A DNA stretch of 64,000 nucleotides, from NCBI RefSeq assembly GCF_963921235.1, contig NC_086097.1, positions 250,854,001 to 250,918,000 of the forward strand, read 5' to 3'. Each line of letters begins with the position of its first letter. The stretch's first letter is position 1. The DNA is from Mobula hypostoma. Its lineage: Eukaryota. The notes below the pieces were generated by a model, which was not told where the DNA came from, made no database searches, and saw only the letters and a program-made list of their open reading frames with translations. Made by a program: the position numbers and the translations under genes. Below, one piece after another: positions 63,001-64,000 of this stretch.

Positions 63001-64000
63001 ACATAAATAGAAACATAGAAAACCTGCAGCATAATACAGGCTCTTAGGCTCACAATGCTGTGCTGAATATGTACTTACTGGATCCACAAAGCAAGGTCCC
63101 CTTGGATCCCATGCTTCCTTACTTTCTCAATAACCCTTGCATGGGGTACCTTGTCAAATGCCTTGCTGAAATCCATATACACTACATCTATGGCTCTACC
63201 TTCATCAATGTGTTTAGTCACATCCTTAAAAAATTCAATCAGGCACGACCTGCCTTTCACAAAGCCATGCTGACTATTCCTAATCATATTATGCCTCTCC
63301 AAATGTTCATAAATCCTGCCTCTCAAGATTTCTCCATCAACTTACCAACCACTGAAGAAAGACTCACTGGTCTATAATTTCCTGGGCTATCTCTACTCCC
63401 TTTCTTGAATGTGAACAATACCTGCAACCCTCCAATCCTCCGGAACCTCTCCCGTCCCCACTGATGATGCAAAGATCATTGCAAGAGGCTCAGCAATCTC
63501 CTCCCTCGCCTCTCACAGTAGCCTGAGGTATATCTCGTCCGGTCCCAGTGACTTATCCAACTTGATGCTTTCCAAAACCTCCAGCACATCCTCTTTCTTA
63601 ATGTGTATACGCTCAAGCTTTTCAGTCTGCTGTAAGTCGTCCCTACAATCGCCAAGATCCTTTTCCATAGTGAATACTGAAGCAAAGTTTTCATTAAGTA
63701 CCTCTGCTATCTCCTCCGGTTCCATACACACTTTTCCGCTGTCACACTTGATTGCTCCTATTCTCTTACGTCTTATCCTCTTGCTCTTCACATACTTGTA
63801 GAATGCCTTGGGGTTTTCCTTAATCCTGCTCGCCAAGACCTTTTCATGCTCCTTCTGGCTCCCCTAATTTCATTCTTAAGCTCCTTCCTGCTAGCCTTAT
63901 AATTTTCCATATCTCTACCTTTGCCTACTTTTTTGAACCTTTCATAAACTTTTCTTCCCTTCCTGCTAGAGTTTCAACAGCCTTTGCACACCACAGTTCC
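63001..64000 (-). mobile_element. CR1 fragment, same subfamily as 7280-9790, internally deleted; runs off the window end
   Basis: Close similarity to 8285-9690 (MASRIKENPKAFYKYVKSKR...). Confidence 0.9.

Noticed and set aside
1..64000. Prokaryotic-type systems (CRISPR array, retron, defence RT, operons)
   Set aside because: No regularly spaced repeat-spacer array; all RT ORFs carry CR1, Rex, RTE or Penelope motifs; host genes have spliceosomal introns.

Overview
Eukaryotic vertebrate genomic DNA. The repeat families suggest a cartilaginous fish, probably a ray (inference). Only about 1.1 kb is host protein-coding, all on the minus strand: the last four exons of RAD54B (55539-55278, 43864-43798, 25573-25373, 22572-22349, all splice phases consistent), and downstream the first coding exon of the RGK-family GTPase GEM (ATG at 1184, donor after 863) with a probable 5' UTR exon and TATA/CRE promoter near 2.9-3.15 kb. 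The rest is mostly decayed, often nested, transposable elements: many CR1 LINEs, Rex1/Babar-like and RTE fragments, one Penelope-like element, tRNA-derived SINEs, Tc1, Tigger and hAT DNA transposons, and a probable solo LTR. Most ORFs in the supplied track are TE fragments or their antisense shadows. The most notable structure beyond the ORF track is RNA-level: a hand-folded HDV-like ribozyme at the 5' end of a non-coding RTE-type insert (40452-40270, minus) and several minimal hammerhead motifs carried by Penelope-derived ends. Both ribozyme classes are known in such retroelements, so I cannot claim a wholly new biological system. TE boundaries are approximate unless a TSD or TIR is cited, and family names come from recalled similarity, not database searches.
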